DNA of 64,000 bases from Phoronis australis (taxonomy: Eukaryota; Animalia; Phoronida), in NCBI GenBank assembly GCA_002633005.1, contig NMRA01000454.1, positions 30,921 to 94,920 on the forward strand, written 5' to 3'. Shown here piece after piece: positions 63,628-64,000 of the stretch; the first letter of the stretch is position 1; every line of letters begins with the position of its first letter. The notes beneath the pieces were generated by a model that saw only the letters and a program-made list of their open reading frames with translations, was not told the origin of the DNA and made no database searches. The position numbers and the translations under genes are program-made.

Positions 63628-63892
63628 CAATCTTACCGTGGCCGAGAACTGATTTAATTAAGAATGTTTTGGTAACTTACTGGGCTATGTGACACAGGTA
63701 AAAATGGATTGGTTTCTTACTGGGCCTTGTGACAGATTTACGAATGCTTTGGTGACTTGCTGGGTCATGTAACAGGTAGGAATTGTTTGGTGAGTTACTG
63801 GGCCATGTGAAACACCTCAGGATGATTTTCTCAGACTTCACAACTTGTGTGCCATAACTCTCTCTTATTCTTCACAACTTTTGTCTCGTGAC

Positions 63893-64000
63893 TGCGTCTG
63901 TCTCTGTCTGTCTGTCTCTTTCCCTCCCTCCATCCCTCCATCGCTGGCTCGCTCTCTCCCTCGCTCCCTCCCTTGCTCCCTCCCTCCCCTGCTCCCTCCC
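63893..64000. repeat. CT-rich low-complexity / (ctcc)n tract
   Basis: Read directly. Confidence 0.85.

Overview
Repeat-rich, AT-rich genomic DNA from an animal (GT-AG spliceosomal introns). The transposon content suggests a marine invertebrate such as a lophotrochozoan, but this is inference. The assembly is a draft with N gaps and overlap duplications at contig joins. Three host genes lie on the + strand. (1) The last exon (S1-S6) of a highly divergent Kv (Shaw/Kv3-like) K+ channel, with an intact TVGYGD filter but a stripped voltage sensor and a PIA gate. (2) A complete two-exon EcKL/CHK-type kinase of about 416 aa. (3) The first 18 coding exons (737 codons, all phases compatible) of mitochondrial presequence protease PITRM1, which runs off the right end. 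The rest is transposon remnants and minisatellites. The main hidden structure is at 5.0-7.8 kb: a decayed DNA transposon encoding a DDE-type transposase and a convergent His-Cys-box (His-Me finger) homing-type nuclease (KolobokP-like). It is interrupted by an RNase H-bearing LINE, itself interrupted by an antisense CR1-like LINE; both insertions keep target-site duplications whose removal restores the reading frames. A Kolobok deletion/MITE family has 3 copies, one showing filled and empty TTAA alleles side by side. No CRISPR array, rRNA or intact tRNA was seen. All family assignments are motif recognition by eye, not database searches.
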